Source: Hemiscyllium ocellatum
Taxonomy: Eukaryota
Assembly: GCF_020745735.1 (NCBI RefSeq)
Contig: NC_083418.1
Coordinates: 36,597,776 to 36,655,372, forward strand
Direction: 5' to 3'
DNA: 57,597 nt
The notes below the pieces were generated by a model. That model was given only the letters and a program-made list of their open reading frames with translations, did no database searches and was not told where the DNA came from. Below are positions 38,936 through 50,700 of this stretch, in pieces. Position 1 is the first letter of the stretch. The number at the start of each line of letters is the position of its first letter. Position numbers and translations under genes: made by a program.

Positions 38936-39468
38936 TTGTAAACGATGCCAGACTGGCTTTTCCTCTTGTGGTATGAAGAAATCTGAAACTCAGAGTTGGC
39001 CACACCCAAATGACGAAAATGCACCTGCACCACAGAGGGAACACCCACAACCACACAGCATGCTACTATTTTAGAATTCCTCCCCCTGCCTCCACGGCAG
39101 GTCAGTGGAAAAATCCCATTGTGTCTCTTACACTAGTTGGGCCAGAAACCAGGACATCTTGCCTGGACACAAATATACTTCCAACAACGTTCAAAGAGAA
39201 TGACAATCAAACAGCATACATATGCAATACTGCAGCGTGTGATTTATAAATTTGTTTGGGAATGTTTGTTTCACAGTGATTTTATTTCAGCTTTGTGGCT
39301 TAATGGACATAGTGATGGTCTGAAACAGGTAGCACATTAGATCTGAAATTGTTGACATTTGGGGAAATGAAATTGTGTTCATTGTTACTACAGTTCGAAA
39401 AATTAATCATTGCCCTGTCTTATGACCAAGTGCGGAAGGGTGGATTGGTTCACCTCTTCTCAACCGTG

Positions 39469-39784
39469 CGGGCGGCACGGTGGCACAGTGGTTAGCACTG
39501 CTGCCTCACAGCGCCTGAGACCCGGGTTCAATTCCTGACTCAGGCAACTGACTGTGTGGAGTTTGCACGTTCTCCCCGTGTCTGCGTGGGTTTCCTCCGG
39601 GTGCTCCGGTTTCCTCCCACAGTCCAAAGATGTGCGGGTCAGGTGAATTGGCCATGCTAAATTGCCAATAGTGTTAGGTAGGGGTAAATGTAGGGGTATG
39701 GGTGGGTTGCGCTTCGGTGGTTCGGTGTGGACTTGTTGGGCCGAAGGGCCTGTTTCCACATTGTAAGTCTAATCTAATCTAATC
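39469..39784 (+). mobile_element. Young HE1-type V-SINE
   Basis: Near-identical to 15828-16139; (CTAAT)n tail. Confidence 0.95.
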
Positions 39785-39829
39785 AAAAAAAACCTATTGT
39801 CTGCAACAATGATTTATGTTCTCTTCAAG

Positions 39830-40580
39830 TTGGCAGTGGAGTAGGGCTCCTCACCGGAACTTGTCCACTCTGTCCAATTTTCTTTCTTCTCTCTTTTTTT
39901 CTTGCTGTTTTTCCCTTCATTTCTTTTAGTTCTTTAGTTCTTGGCTGTGAAGGCAGTGACAGTGAAGGCAACGGCTGGGGGACTTTGACAGTTGGCCAAT
40001 GGGCAGCTGGTTGCAGTCCGTTGCATCACAGTCTCATTGGTGTCCGGAGCAGTATCAGAACAGGACTATACCGTGAGGTGGCTAACCCGGCAATGGAGCA
40101 TGGCAGTGGCGGTCAGCAACAAGGTGATGGCAGCAACAGTGGGTGGTCACAAAGGATGGCCACAGCAGTGGTTGCCTGCCAAAGCCTAACAAGCAGAGGC
40201 AAAGCCTGGTGTGCCTGAGGGAGATCTGCAACGGTGTCTAGCACAAAGGCACTTGGCGAGTGCAATGGATCTCAGCCGAGCGCGGATGAAAATATGCCCA
40301 GCTCGGGGGAGAACGAGCCTTTCTGGGGAGTGCCCAGTTTGGAGCATCTGCAGGCCCATTTCTTTAAGAAAGGACTGTAATGTTTGACTTCTTAATTTTA
40401 TATCTTTATTTTTCTACTAAGAAAACTATAGTGCTGAACTTTTTAACTTATTTCTTTATTTTTCCACCTTTTTAAACTAAAATTTTGTACTTATTTGGTA
40501 TATATGTGGTGACATCATATACTTTTTACTGCACTTTCGTACCCTGTGCCCCAATAAAACCTAAGTAATGACAATAATAA
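39830..40580 (+). mobile_element. Unclassified retroposon-like element
   Basis: T-rich leader, GC-rich GGCAGTGGC-type body, T-rich trailer and a TTTTACTGCAC...TGACAATAATAAAG end reminiscent of Rex1/Babar-type tails. Family not established. Confidence 0.35.
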
Positions 40581-42559
40581 AGAATAGTAATGTTTTTATC
40601 ACAGGGCTGAATCTTTCTTCAATTAAAATGTAGCTAATCAATTTCTACTATAGCAGTCAGGAGCCAAACACAAGATTTTCTTGAGTATAAGGAAATGCTT
40701 ATTACCTGCTAATTCCTAGAAAAATAATAAAAACATAACATCAAGCTTATAGGTTTGAGCAATCTCACACACACTCAATCCACAAACGCGCACACACACA
40801 TGGACTCATACAAAGTTGAAAAGTGATGGTATTAAGTGTAAAATTGATGATTAAAAAATATAATTTGGAATCTTGTGGGTGTCCTTGTGACATAGGATTT
40901 TAGTAGTTATTTAGTTAATGTCTTAAACTATCAACAGTAGCAAAACTTGCAGATATCTATAAAGTTCTGAGTATTCTCATGTCTCCTTTTAATCTGTATT
41001 GTTACTGGGCACCTTTTTTACTTCAGAGACATCGAGAGAGAGTTGCTAGCTTGTGTTCAATTTCACATCCTTTGTTTCATCACTTCTGCTTCTGCAAAAA
41101 GTGAACTTCTTGAAATACAAGCTTGTCAGTCCATTTCTATATCTAAATGTTTTGGCCCCAAGCTTGATACTTGCTTGTGATATTGTCATCTCCAACACAT
41201 GAACATTCTCATAAAGATGTAAATCAAAAGAGAAAATTTGGGTCTCTTTACACCTCCATGGGAGGGGTTAATTTCATTCTTTGCCTTTAGATAAAATGTT
41301 AATTTCAGTTCAACCAGTCTTTTGTTTATTCCATGTTGTTGTGATGAAACTTGACCAAGTTGCATGGCCAGATGATTGCCGTGGCCCTGGTTAGTCAATG
41401 TTTAGGCAATTTTTTAATGCTATTTCAGTGCATGAAAGTTCAAGGTATTGGTTGCATCATGGATTTTGAAAATCAATGCTGCAAGAAAGGGCTGTGGTGA
41501 TTTCTATCTTTTTCTACTTTTTCTGCTTTCTCTTCCTCCTCCTCCTGTTCCTCAATTAGTCACAAGTTAGCAACGGCTGTTGACCTTATGATATTAAAGT
41601 CACCCAGTGTGCAGAAACTTGCAAATGGCTCAACTGAGTAATGCAGAAGGTAGGTTGGGCCGATATTCTATGGACTTTTCCCTCGCTGGAGAATCTTGGG
41701 CCTGGCAGCATAGTCACAAGAAGAAAAAAACTCTTCTCTCTGAGGCTCTTGAGTCTTTGGAATTTTCTGTGTCAGAGGTCAGCGGATGCTCCATCATTCA
41801 GAATAATTAAGGGTGAGATGCTGAAATTATGGGTCTCTGAGAGAACGGAAAGATTTTAAGAGAAGACAGGAGTTTGAGGTTTAGGCAGAAAACGAGCCAT
41901 AATTGTATTGAATGGCAGAGCAGCCTTGTGAATTTGCTCTTAATTACTCTGCATTGCAGACTCTGGAAGCATTCTTAAGCACCCTTATGGTCTGCTCGAT
42001 CATGTTTGTGTGTCAGTATGACTGTTAATACCTGTAAATCCCTCCCTAGCGGCACTATGGGTGTACCTACACCACATAAACTGCAAATGAAGAAATCAGC
42101 CCACTGCATTCTTTCAAGCACTATTAGGCTTTGGAATAAATCCTGACCTTTGCTCATATACGTCTCATACGTGAGTAAATTGTACACTAGGTTCATTGCC
42201 ACATGGTTAATGAATATCCCTATTCAGTAAATAGCCATACTTTTTGTTTTTCGTGATAGCTCAAATGCAGATAACAGAGCAGACGGTGCAGAAGGATAGT
42301 ATCATAACTGCTACCAGGATACCAACCAGTCACCTACATGTGTGCTCACATACCAGCTGATCACTGAGAAGTGGCATATCATTTGGTTCCATTTGATCAC
42401 AGCATTATCACAGCATTCTGCACAGTCAGTAAAAGTCTGCACCATGAAGATAATGGCAATTTTCTTGAAGCCATGTACTCATTCCACCTGCTAGCTTGTA
42501 CTTAGCTGCCTTGGAATATCAAGATTCCATGATCTCTCTTGAGCAACATGGATGGTGGT

Positions 42560-42775
42560 CTGGGAGATGTTGCAAATATCACCAGATCCAACCTGGAAGG
42601 AGGCCAGCTTTTATGCCCACAGTCACCTTCACAACTACTGGCAGTGCTATTACCACCTTGCATCTGAGATTGTCATTGCGGCTGTAACAGGTGGCAGATT
42701 TCAGTCAGAACCTTCTTAGGTGAAGTGGAAATGTGTGACAACATTGGTCCTCACTGAGGTTCAGGACGAGAATCA
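42560..42775 (-). mobile_element. HARBI1-like PIF/Harbinger transposase N-terminal relic
   Basis: Minus translation LNLSEDQC...VLTEICHLLQPQ*QSQ...ALPVVVKVTVG...SFQVGSGDICNISQT, typical of the HARBI1 HTH region; contains frameshifts. Confidence 0.75.
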
Positions 42776-43261
42776 GCTAAGTTGAATGCCCCCTTCAAAA
42801 TATAGTCCAACACCGGAAATGTGCACGCACATCAATCTAATTTTGGAGATAAATGGTAATCCCTAGAATTGAAAACAAAGTAACATTCTGGAGATAATAT
42901 TCACAACCTCCATGTTTAATATGAGACATAAATTTAAATTGTGATTCCTATACTTGACCAATTAATTCAATGATGAAACTGGTCACCATAGACTGGTGTC
43001 ATTTTGATTATCTTGATATTAAATTTCTAAAACTAATAGAAACAGAACTAAATTAGATTTTATAAATCTTCCCTGCATTTTTCCAACTCTGCTTTCAATA
43101 AAAAAAATCTTACTGATTTACTGATGCAGCTCTTCTAAAAAAAAATTACCCTCCTTCTCCTCCTTCAAACACCCTGTGCAGTTTACCTGGATTTTTGTTC
43201 AATACAGTGGATAAGCAATTCAACAACTAATTTTAACCCTGTTGACCATTGAGCTTATCTT

Positions 43262-43400
43262 ATAGAGTCATACAGTATTACAGCATGGAACCAGATCCTT
43301 CAGTTCAACCAGTCCACATCAAACCTAATCCCCCAAATAAACTAGTCCCACCTACCTACTCCAGAAATATATTTCTCTGAACCTTTCCTACTCATGTACT
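43262..43400 (-). mobile_element. CR1 3' end
   Basis: ATAGAGTCATACAG..ACAGCATGGAA..AACTAGTCCCAC. Confidence 0.75.
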
Positions 43401-43461
43401 TATATATTTTTTTCTCTTCTCTTTATTCACTGCGAATAAGAGATGCAGGTGTAGACAAACG

Positions 43462-43980
43462 CCTAGGATAAATGTGTTGGCCCAGTCGAATTGGTGTCCT
43501 TCCTCATCTGTATGTAAACATGCTAGTAAGAGTGAGTCATGTCTTTTTGTGGTGAGTTGATGTTCATGTATCCTGGTGGCTAGTTTTCTGCCTGTTTGTC
43601 CAATGTAGTGTTTGTTACAGTAATTGCAAGGTATTTTGTAAATAACATTAGTTATGCTTGTTGTCTGCATAGGATCTTTCAAGTTCATTAGCTGCTGTTT
43701 AGTGTGTTGGTGAGTTTGTGGGCTAGTCTGACAGTTACTTCCAATATGTCTTTGATGTAGGGGAGAGTAGTTGGGGTTTCTGGATGTGTTTTGTCTGCTT
43801 GTTTGGGTTTTTTGCTGAGTAATTGGTGGACTGTGATCATTGGGTACCCGTTCTTTTTAAATACACTGGAAAGGTGATTTTCCTCTGCTTTTCGTAGTTT
43901 ATCTGTGGTGCAGTGTGTAGTGGCTCATTGAAATAATGTTCTAATGCTGCTTTGTTTGTGGATGTTGGGATGATTGCTTC
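43462..43980 (-). mobile_element. Penelope-like element fragment (RT C-terminus and GIY-YIG endonuclease)
   Basis: NVIYKIPCNYCNKHYIGQTGRKLATRIHEH is the PLE GIY-YIG signature; upstream SNHPNIHKQSSIRTLF. Confidence 0.92.
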
Positions 43981-44234
43981 CATCCCATAGAGGATGGTGG
44001 TATTAAACAATTCCTTGACAAGTTGGTAGTGGTTGGCACCGCAGCAATTATAACATTTTGTGTAATTCCTACACTGAAGGGTAAATTATATTTTCTTCCA
44101 CTTTCACTGCTGCCTTATACTACTGTGAAGGTGGATAAAACAGGATTCCAGTCACAGAATACCCACATGCACAAAAATCATTGTTGTCAGTTTCCTACTG
44201 AGTATTGATTGAATGTAGCCAACAAGACTACAGA

Positions 44235-44676
44235 CTGAACTTGCGGCATGGGTTGGTACCTGGGACTTTAATGTTCCTGCCATTTCAGAGACATGGAGAG
44301 AACAGGACAGGAATGGTTGTTGCAGGTTCTGGGCTTTAGATGTTTCAGTAAGAACAGGAAAGGTGGTAAAAGAGGGGGAGGGCGTGGCATTATTTGTCAA
44401 GGACAATATTACGGTGGCAGAAAGGATGTTTGAGGACTCATCTACGGAGATAGTATGGGCTGAGGTTAGAAACAGGAAAGGAGAGATCACAGTAATGGGG
44501 GTTTTTGAGATGTCTCTGAAAGGTTCCAGAGATTCTGGAGAGGAGCAAAAGTAATAGGGTAGTTGTTATGAGGGACTTTAACTTTCAAAATATTGACTGC
44601 TATGGTTCAAGTACTTTAAATGGGTCAGTTTTTGTCCAATGTGTGCAGGAGAGTTTCCTGATACAGTATGTAGATA
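44235..44676 (+). mobile_element. CR1 APE endonuclease fragment
   Basis: GEGVALFVKDNIT..EIVWAEVRNRKG and a downstream DFNF..ID motif. Confidence 0.85.
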
Positions 44677-44801
44677 GGCGAAAGTGAGGACTGCAGATGC
44701 TGGCGATCAGAGTCAAGAGTTTGGTGCTGGAGAAGCACAGCAGGTCGGGCAGCATCTGAGGAGAAGGAAAAATCGACGTTTCAGGCAAAAGCCCTTCATC
44801 A
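44677..44801 (-). mobile_element. PLE terminal repeat with near-complete hammerhead core
   Basis: Sense strand begins TGATGA-AGGGC-TTTT-GCCT-GAAAC-GTC-GATT (44801-44771). Confidence 0.85.
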
Positions 44802-45303
44802 TTGTGTGCAGTTTTGGTCGCCATACTATAGGAAGGATGTGGAAGCTTTAGAACGAGTGCAGAGGAGGTTTACCAGGATGTTGCCTGGAATGGTAGGAAA
44901 ATCTTATGAGGAAAGGCTGAGGCACTTGGGGCTGTTCTCATTGGAGAAGAGAAGGTTTAGGGGAGATCTGATAGAAGTGTATAAGATGATTAGGGGTTTA
45001 GATAGGGTAGATACTAAGAACCTTTTACCGCTAATGGAGTCAGGTGTTACTAGGGGACATAGCTTTAAATTAAGGGGTGGTAGGTATAGGACAGATGTTA
45101 GGGGTAGATTCTTCACACAGCGGGTTGTGAGTTCATGGAATGCCCTGCCCGTATCAGTGGTGAACTCTCCTTCTTTATGGTCATTTAAGCGGGCATTGGA
45201 TAGGCATTTGGAAGTTATTGGGCTAGTATAGGTTAGGTAGGATTCGGTCGGCGCAACATCGAGGGCCGAAGGGTCTGTACTGCGCTGTATCCTTCTATGT
45301 TCT
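44802..45303 (+). mobile_element. Young 5'-truncated CR1 of a different subfamily
   Basis: Uninterrupted 141-aa ORF QFWSPYYRKDVEALERVQRRFTRM..FFTQRVVSSWNALP; CpG-rich 3' UTR; TTCTATGTTCTA tail. Confidence 0.95.
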
Positions 45304-45604
45304 AAGACAGTCAGTATGTTTCAGATCATTTCAAGTGATGATACAGAGTTTGCATTTTCGGTGCTCACTACATAGGATTCATTGAGTATAAAGCACGTTA
45401 ACTTTAGTAATGAGATTTTACATCACCTGCTATTTTCCTACAACCAATGTCAACCCTTTCCAGCCACGAGACCACTTCTAGTGGATAATTTGTGAGAAGT
45501 GATTGGCTGAAAATGTTTGTATTATTCTTCCTAAGAAACGGCCTGGTCATTTCAAGCAACATTTAGCATTTTTTCTATCTGTGAGTGTCAGCATCAGCTC
45601 TTTC

Positions 45605-46072
45605 ACGACAATGAATCTCCTCCTGTCAACATCCTGGGAGTTACCATTGACCAGAAACTGAACTGGACTTATCAGATAAATACAATGGCTGCAGAAGCAG
45701 GTCTGATCCTAGGTACACTATGGCGAGTAACTCACCTCTTGACACTCCAAAGCCTGCCTAACATTTATAAAGCACAAGTCAGGAGTGTGATGGAATACTT
45801 CCCACTTTCCTGGATGGGTGCAGCTCCAAGCAACACTCAAGAAGTTTGATACCATCCAGAACAAAGCGATCTGCTTGATTGGCACCACATCCATGAACAT
45901 ACACTTGCTCCACCACTAACACTCAACAGCAGCAGTGTGTACTATCTATAAGATGCACTGCAAAAATTCACCAAAGATTTTCAGAGAACACCTTCTAAAC
46001 CACAACCAATTCCAGCTTGAAGGATAAGGTCCGCAGATGTACGGGAATACCACCACCTGCAAGTTCCCCTCC
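45605..46072 (+). mobile_element. L2/CR1-superfamily LINE fragment truncating arm B
   Basis: NILGVTIDQKLNW...YKAQVRSVMEY LINE C-terminal motifs. Confidence 0.85.
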
Positions 46073-46074
46073 AT

Positions 46075-47240
46075 TCAGTGATTTTTCATAACGCGAACTC
46101 TGATGAAATTACTAACAACAATAAAGGAGAAAGCAGCAGCGAGTTAGAAGGGCAAGAATTATATTTGACTTAGTCTGGTGAGATCCAGACTGTTTGACAT
46201 TCTCCTGGGAAAGAAGGTGAGAGTCGCCGTAAACTTTGTTTAGCACTTCACTTAACAACTGAGGAACCAAACAACTGATATGTGACTGTGTTTTCAAGGT
46301 TGTTAAGGACAATGTTACATTATAAACCTACGTATGTTCTATGCTTTGACATGTTCTCTGTCTTCATCCATTAATTTTCTTGGATCTGTTTCACTGAGAT
46401 ACTGTAACACAAGCCCCAACTGCCTCCATTATTTTTCCCATCTAACCATTCTATAATGCTGAGCTTTAATAGTGTTGCTATGCTCTTTGACGATGAAGGA
46501 GACTATGGAGGAAATCACTGCAGCCCTTTCTCAATGATTAAGAAATGCACTTTCCAGCATAATTCTGGGCCACAATCAGAGGGGAAGTCCCCTGCTGATC
46601 TTTCTACTCCCTAACCAATGAACATTGAGCCAATTGCAGCTTAGCTCAGCTGTAGGTAGTCCTCTTTTGTTGGTCTAGAGCAGAGCAGGTAAATTGCAGT
46701 GAATGACTGTGTGAGACTGGAGATAAGAAGCCGAGAGGCATTACAGCAGGGCCTGAATCTCACTAATGTTTACACTCATGCACATGCATACATACATATG
46801 TACACTTGTAAATATACAATCACAAACACACACATACTTACATGTATACATAGACATTCACATTCCACAAAACTCCTCAAACACAGTTACCCATACACAC
46901 ACATTAAATATGCACACTCACTCATTCTCCAGTAGAGGTCACTACACTGTAATTTGAAATGGGAACTCTGATCATTCACTCCACGCCCCCGTTGAGCCCA
47001 GAGAGAAGAGGGAGCAAAGTAAAGGTCTATTATAATACCCATGAACCCACTTCAACACAGACTACTCAATGCAGCTCTGACAAAGACAAGCAGAAAGCCT
47101 GAGTTTAAGGAACGCTTCATTGCAGAGTTGTCTAATTGCAGTTTTGAACTACCCATAAGTATTGCTAACAATTTTTTTTGCTGCATGAATTATATAGTGC
47201 AGGTAGATATACTTCACACATAAACATTAGCAATGCTTTC
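46075..47240 (-). repeat. Arm B of the inverted duplication
   Basis: Same blocks as arm A in reverse order, including the CA-rich tract; bounded by LINE fragments on both sides. Confidence 0.92.
46929..46944 (+). promoter_or_regulatory. CTCF-like motif CCAGTAGAGGTCACTA
   Basis: Paralog of 38093-38108 in the opposite (divergent) orientation. Confidence 0.5.
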
Positions 47241-47558
47241 ACCAGGAGAAGTTGGCAAGGTATGACTGTTGATGTGCCCTTGATAGTGCTGCCAATGACC
47301 CTTCCAATCACATTGTTGATAATTAAAAGTAGACTGGGGTTTAATTGGCTTGGTTGGATTTGTCCTGCTTTTCATAGACAGATCACACCTAAACTGTTTT
47401 TTTTTACATTACTGGGCAGCTCTCAGTATTGTAGCTGTACTGGAACAACATGGTTAGAGGTGTAGCTAAATCTGAAGCACAAGTCTTCAGTACTGTTGCT
47501 GGAATAATGTCAAAAATCACACAACACCAGGTAATAATCCAACAGGTTTATTTGGAAG

Positions 47559-47593
47559 CACTAGCTTTCAGAGCGCTGCTCCTTCATCAGGTG
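47559..47593 (-). ncRNA. Minimal type I hammerhead ribozyme motif with complete core
   Basis: RNA CAC-CUGAUGA-A-GGAGC-AGC-GCUCU-GAAA-GC-UA-GUG: 3-bp stem I (CAC/GUG), 5-bp stem II, palindromic AGCU stem III and CUA cleavage triplet. Confidence 0.75.
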
Positions 47594-49487
47594 GTTATGG
47601 AGAATAAGATTGTAAGACACAGAATTTATAGCAAAAGTTTACAGTGTGGTGTAATTAAAATTATATGTTGAAAAAGATCTGGATTGTTTGTTAAGTCTCT
47701 CATCTTTTAGAATGACCATATTGGTTTCAGTTCTTTCATTTGTAAATTGAAAAATTTTTTTTTTAAGTTATATTCTCAAGTAAACTTTAACAATTGGTGT
47801 TCATGTCAGCCCAGATAATGTATTGGAAGTGTGAGTTTCCCTGTGAGGCTGTCTGTGCCACAATGGTCAGACTGATTCTAATCTAAAAAATGGATTTACA
47901 GAATCTTACGTGGACTCATGCAGTTTTTGAGTAAAGTAAAATGTAAATCTGCAAGTACAAATTCACCCCACAAACGTACATGTGTATGACTGCATGTGAG
48001 TGTGTGTGGAAGTGGGGGGATTATGAGTGTCTTTGAGAGAGTTGGTGTATCTGAGTATAAAGGGGTATAAGTCTGTGAGAGGGTTTGTGTGAGAGTATAT
48101 GTGTGAGCGGATGGGAGAGGGTGTGTGTGTGTGTGTATGTAGTGCAATGGGGTCACCTGTAGTGTGACATGAACCCAAGGTCCCGGTTGAGGCCAACCCC
48201 ATGGGTACCGAACTTAGCTATCAGCTTCTGCTCGGCCACTTTTAGTTGTCGCCTGTCCCAAACTCTGCCTAGGAGGACGGTCACCTGAAGATCCAAAATC
48301 GAATGTCCCAAACTGCTGAAATGTTCTCTGACTGGGAGGGACCACTCCTGTCTGCTGATTGTTGTGCGGTGTCTAGTCATCCATTGCCATAGCCTCTGCT
48401 TGGCCTCGTCAATGTACCATACCTCAGGACATCCTTGCTTGCAGCGTATGAGATAGACAACGTTGGCTGAGTTGCAGGAGTACTGCCACGCACATGGTGG
48501 GAGGTGTTCCCATGCGTAATGGTGGTATCCGTGTCAACATTTTGACACACCTTGCAGCGTCTAGGCAGTTTGCAATGAACTGTTTGAGGTTTGGTGGTTG
48601 TTTAAAGGTGAGTAGTGAAAGTGTGGGGAAGATCTTGGCAAGGTGCTCATCCTCATTGATAATGTGTTGCAGGCTGCGAAGAACATGGTGTAGTTTTTCG
48701 GCTCCTAGGAAGCACTGGACAATGGAGGGTACCCTGTTGGTTGCAGCTCGTGTTTGTCTCCTGAGGAGGTTATTACAGTTCCTTGCTGTGGTACGTTGGA
48801 ACTGTGGTCGATGAGTCATAGTTGATCGGTACCCATGACGATGGCCTCAACGGGGACTTTAAGTTCATGTCACACTACAGGTGACTCCATTACACTACAC
48901 ATACATACATACACACACACACACACACTCTCTCTCTCACTCACTCAGACCCTCCCTGATTCGCTCACACATACATTCCCACACACACCGTCTCACAGAC
49001 TTATACCCCTTGACACTCACATACACACACTCTCTCAGACACTGATTACCCCGCAACACACTCCCCCACAATATCCCCCCCCCGCCCACACACACCCACC
49101 CACATGCAGACATACACATAAGTTTGTGAGGTGAATTTGTACTTGCAGAGTTACATTATACTTTGCTCACAAACTGCATGAATTCATCTAAGATTCTGTA
49201 AATCCATTTTTTAGATTAGAATCAGCCTAACCATTGGGGCATAGACAGCCTCACACAGGGAAGCAAACACCTTCAATATGTTATCTGGGTCGACATGACA
49301 CCGATTGTTAAAGTTCACTTGAGAATCTAAAAAAAGGTTTTTCAATTTACACATGAAACCAATATGGTCATTCCAAAAGATGAGAGGCTTAACAAACAAT
49401 CCAGGTCTTTTAAAATATATAATTTCAGTTACATCATACTGTAAACTTTTGCTATAAATTATGTCTTACAATTTTATTGTCTACAAT

Positions 49488-49522
49488 CACCTGATGAAGG
49501 AGCAGCACTCCAAAAGCTAGTG
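49488..49522 (+). ncRNA. Hammerhead motif, probably inactivated (GAAA mutated to AAAA)
   Basis: CAC-CTGATGA-AGGAGCAGCACTCC-AAAA-GCTA-GTG. Confidence 0.6.
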
Positions 49523-50479
49523 CTTCCAAATAAACCTGTTGGATTATAACCTGGTGTTGTGTGATTTTTAACTTTGTAGACGCCAGTCCAACACCGATGT
49601 CTCCAAACCATGGAATAATGTCATGCTTCATAGCCTTTGCAGTACCTAGTGCCTTCAGCCATTATTTAGTAACAGATGGAGTGAATCAAATTTATTGACA
49701 TTGATGTCAGGGACCTAAGATGGATCATTGATTTGGCACTTCAGACTGAAGACAGGCACCAAACTTCAGTTTTGTCTTTTGCACCGTTGTGCTGGACCAC
49801 TCCATTATAAGGACATTTGTGGAACCTTCTCTTCTTGTTAATTATTTATTTGTCCATCACCACTCACAGCTAGATGTGGTAGCACTGCAGTATTAAAATC
49901 TGATCAATTGGTTGTGGAAGCATTTAGCATTGATTTATGCTGCTTCTGCTGTTTGACATGCAAGTAATTCTGTGTTATAGCTTCACTGGATTGATGACCA
50001 TATTTATTGCTGCTCCTGGCATGCCCTGCTGCATTCTTCGTTGGACTAGTGTTCATATCCTGTTTGATGGTATGCATATTCTTTTAATTTTATCCATGGT
50101 TTATTGTGTAGTTCTAATAAATTACCATCAGATGGCAACCATAGCACAAGACTTGAATGGGATGTACACACCTAAGAAATGGATTACATTCACGTGATTT
50201 ATCCATGACTGAAACAGAGCATAAGACAGCAGTCTATAGGACTGTGCTCTTTGAAGGTCGGTAGGTACAATTACATTTCCTGTCTTTGTAGCCAGTTCTA
50301 ATCTTGGTTATGTTCAACACCAGGTTTAATAGGCAAGAGGTGTTGAATTTGCAGACTCATCCAATTTTTGTTTAAGATCTTAAGCTCTTATTGCAAGCTG
50401 TTATAAGCAATCGCACGAATATCAGTAAAAGTAGTCAATAAGGGTCTTGGTATTGTTATAACATTATGATGTTCCCTCT

Positions 50480-50700
50480 GAACATAGAAACTCAAGAAAA
50501 TTGGAACTGTAGTAGGCCATTTGGCCCTTTTGAGGTGCTGTCATTCAATATGATTAAGATTGATAATTAACACATCACCCCATTCCTGCTTACTCCCAAT
50601 TCCCTTTGGTCCCTTTAGCCCTAAGGACTATATCTAACTCCTTGAAAACATTGACTATTTTTGCCTTAACTGTTTTCCGTGGAATAGAGTTCCATAGGCT
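50480..50700 (-). mobile_element. Old CR1 3' end
   Basis: GAACATAGAAA..GTAGGCCATTTGGCCC..TATCTAACTCCTTGAAAACAT..GAGTTCCATAGG. Confidence 0.75.

Larger units (their letters stand above)
47513..49610. mobile_element. Penelope-like retroelement (Neptune-like) with inverted terminal repeats
   Basis: 13-bp TSD TGGAATAATGTCA (47500-47512, 49611-49623). The minus arm (47513 to ~48825) encodes the RT C-terminus FKQPPNLKQ and GIY-YIG NVVYLIRC..C..WYI...EHF..H..EQKLIAKFGTHGVGLNRD. The plus arm (~48828-49610) repeats the 3' end and carries an extra ~40-nt tail. Confidence 0.95.
47243..50040 (-). mobile_element. L2/CR1-superfamily LINE fragment split by the Penelope insertion
   Basis: 47243-47512 and 49611-50040 are collinear with 32140-33050. 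Confidence 0.75.

Noticed and set aside
38838-39056. Minus ORF ending ...NNNEGESCSEIDEQELYLD as the last exon of a gene
   Set aside because: No recognisable homology or upstream exons; the paralog differs mostly non-synonymously and has an indel at its start.
42969-43125. ATGATGA...CTGA as a C/D-box snoRNA (similar at 926-951)
   Set aside because: Spacing is wrong and there is no terminal stem or recognisable guide.
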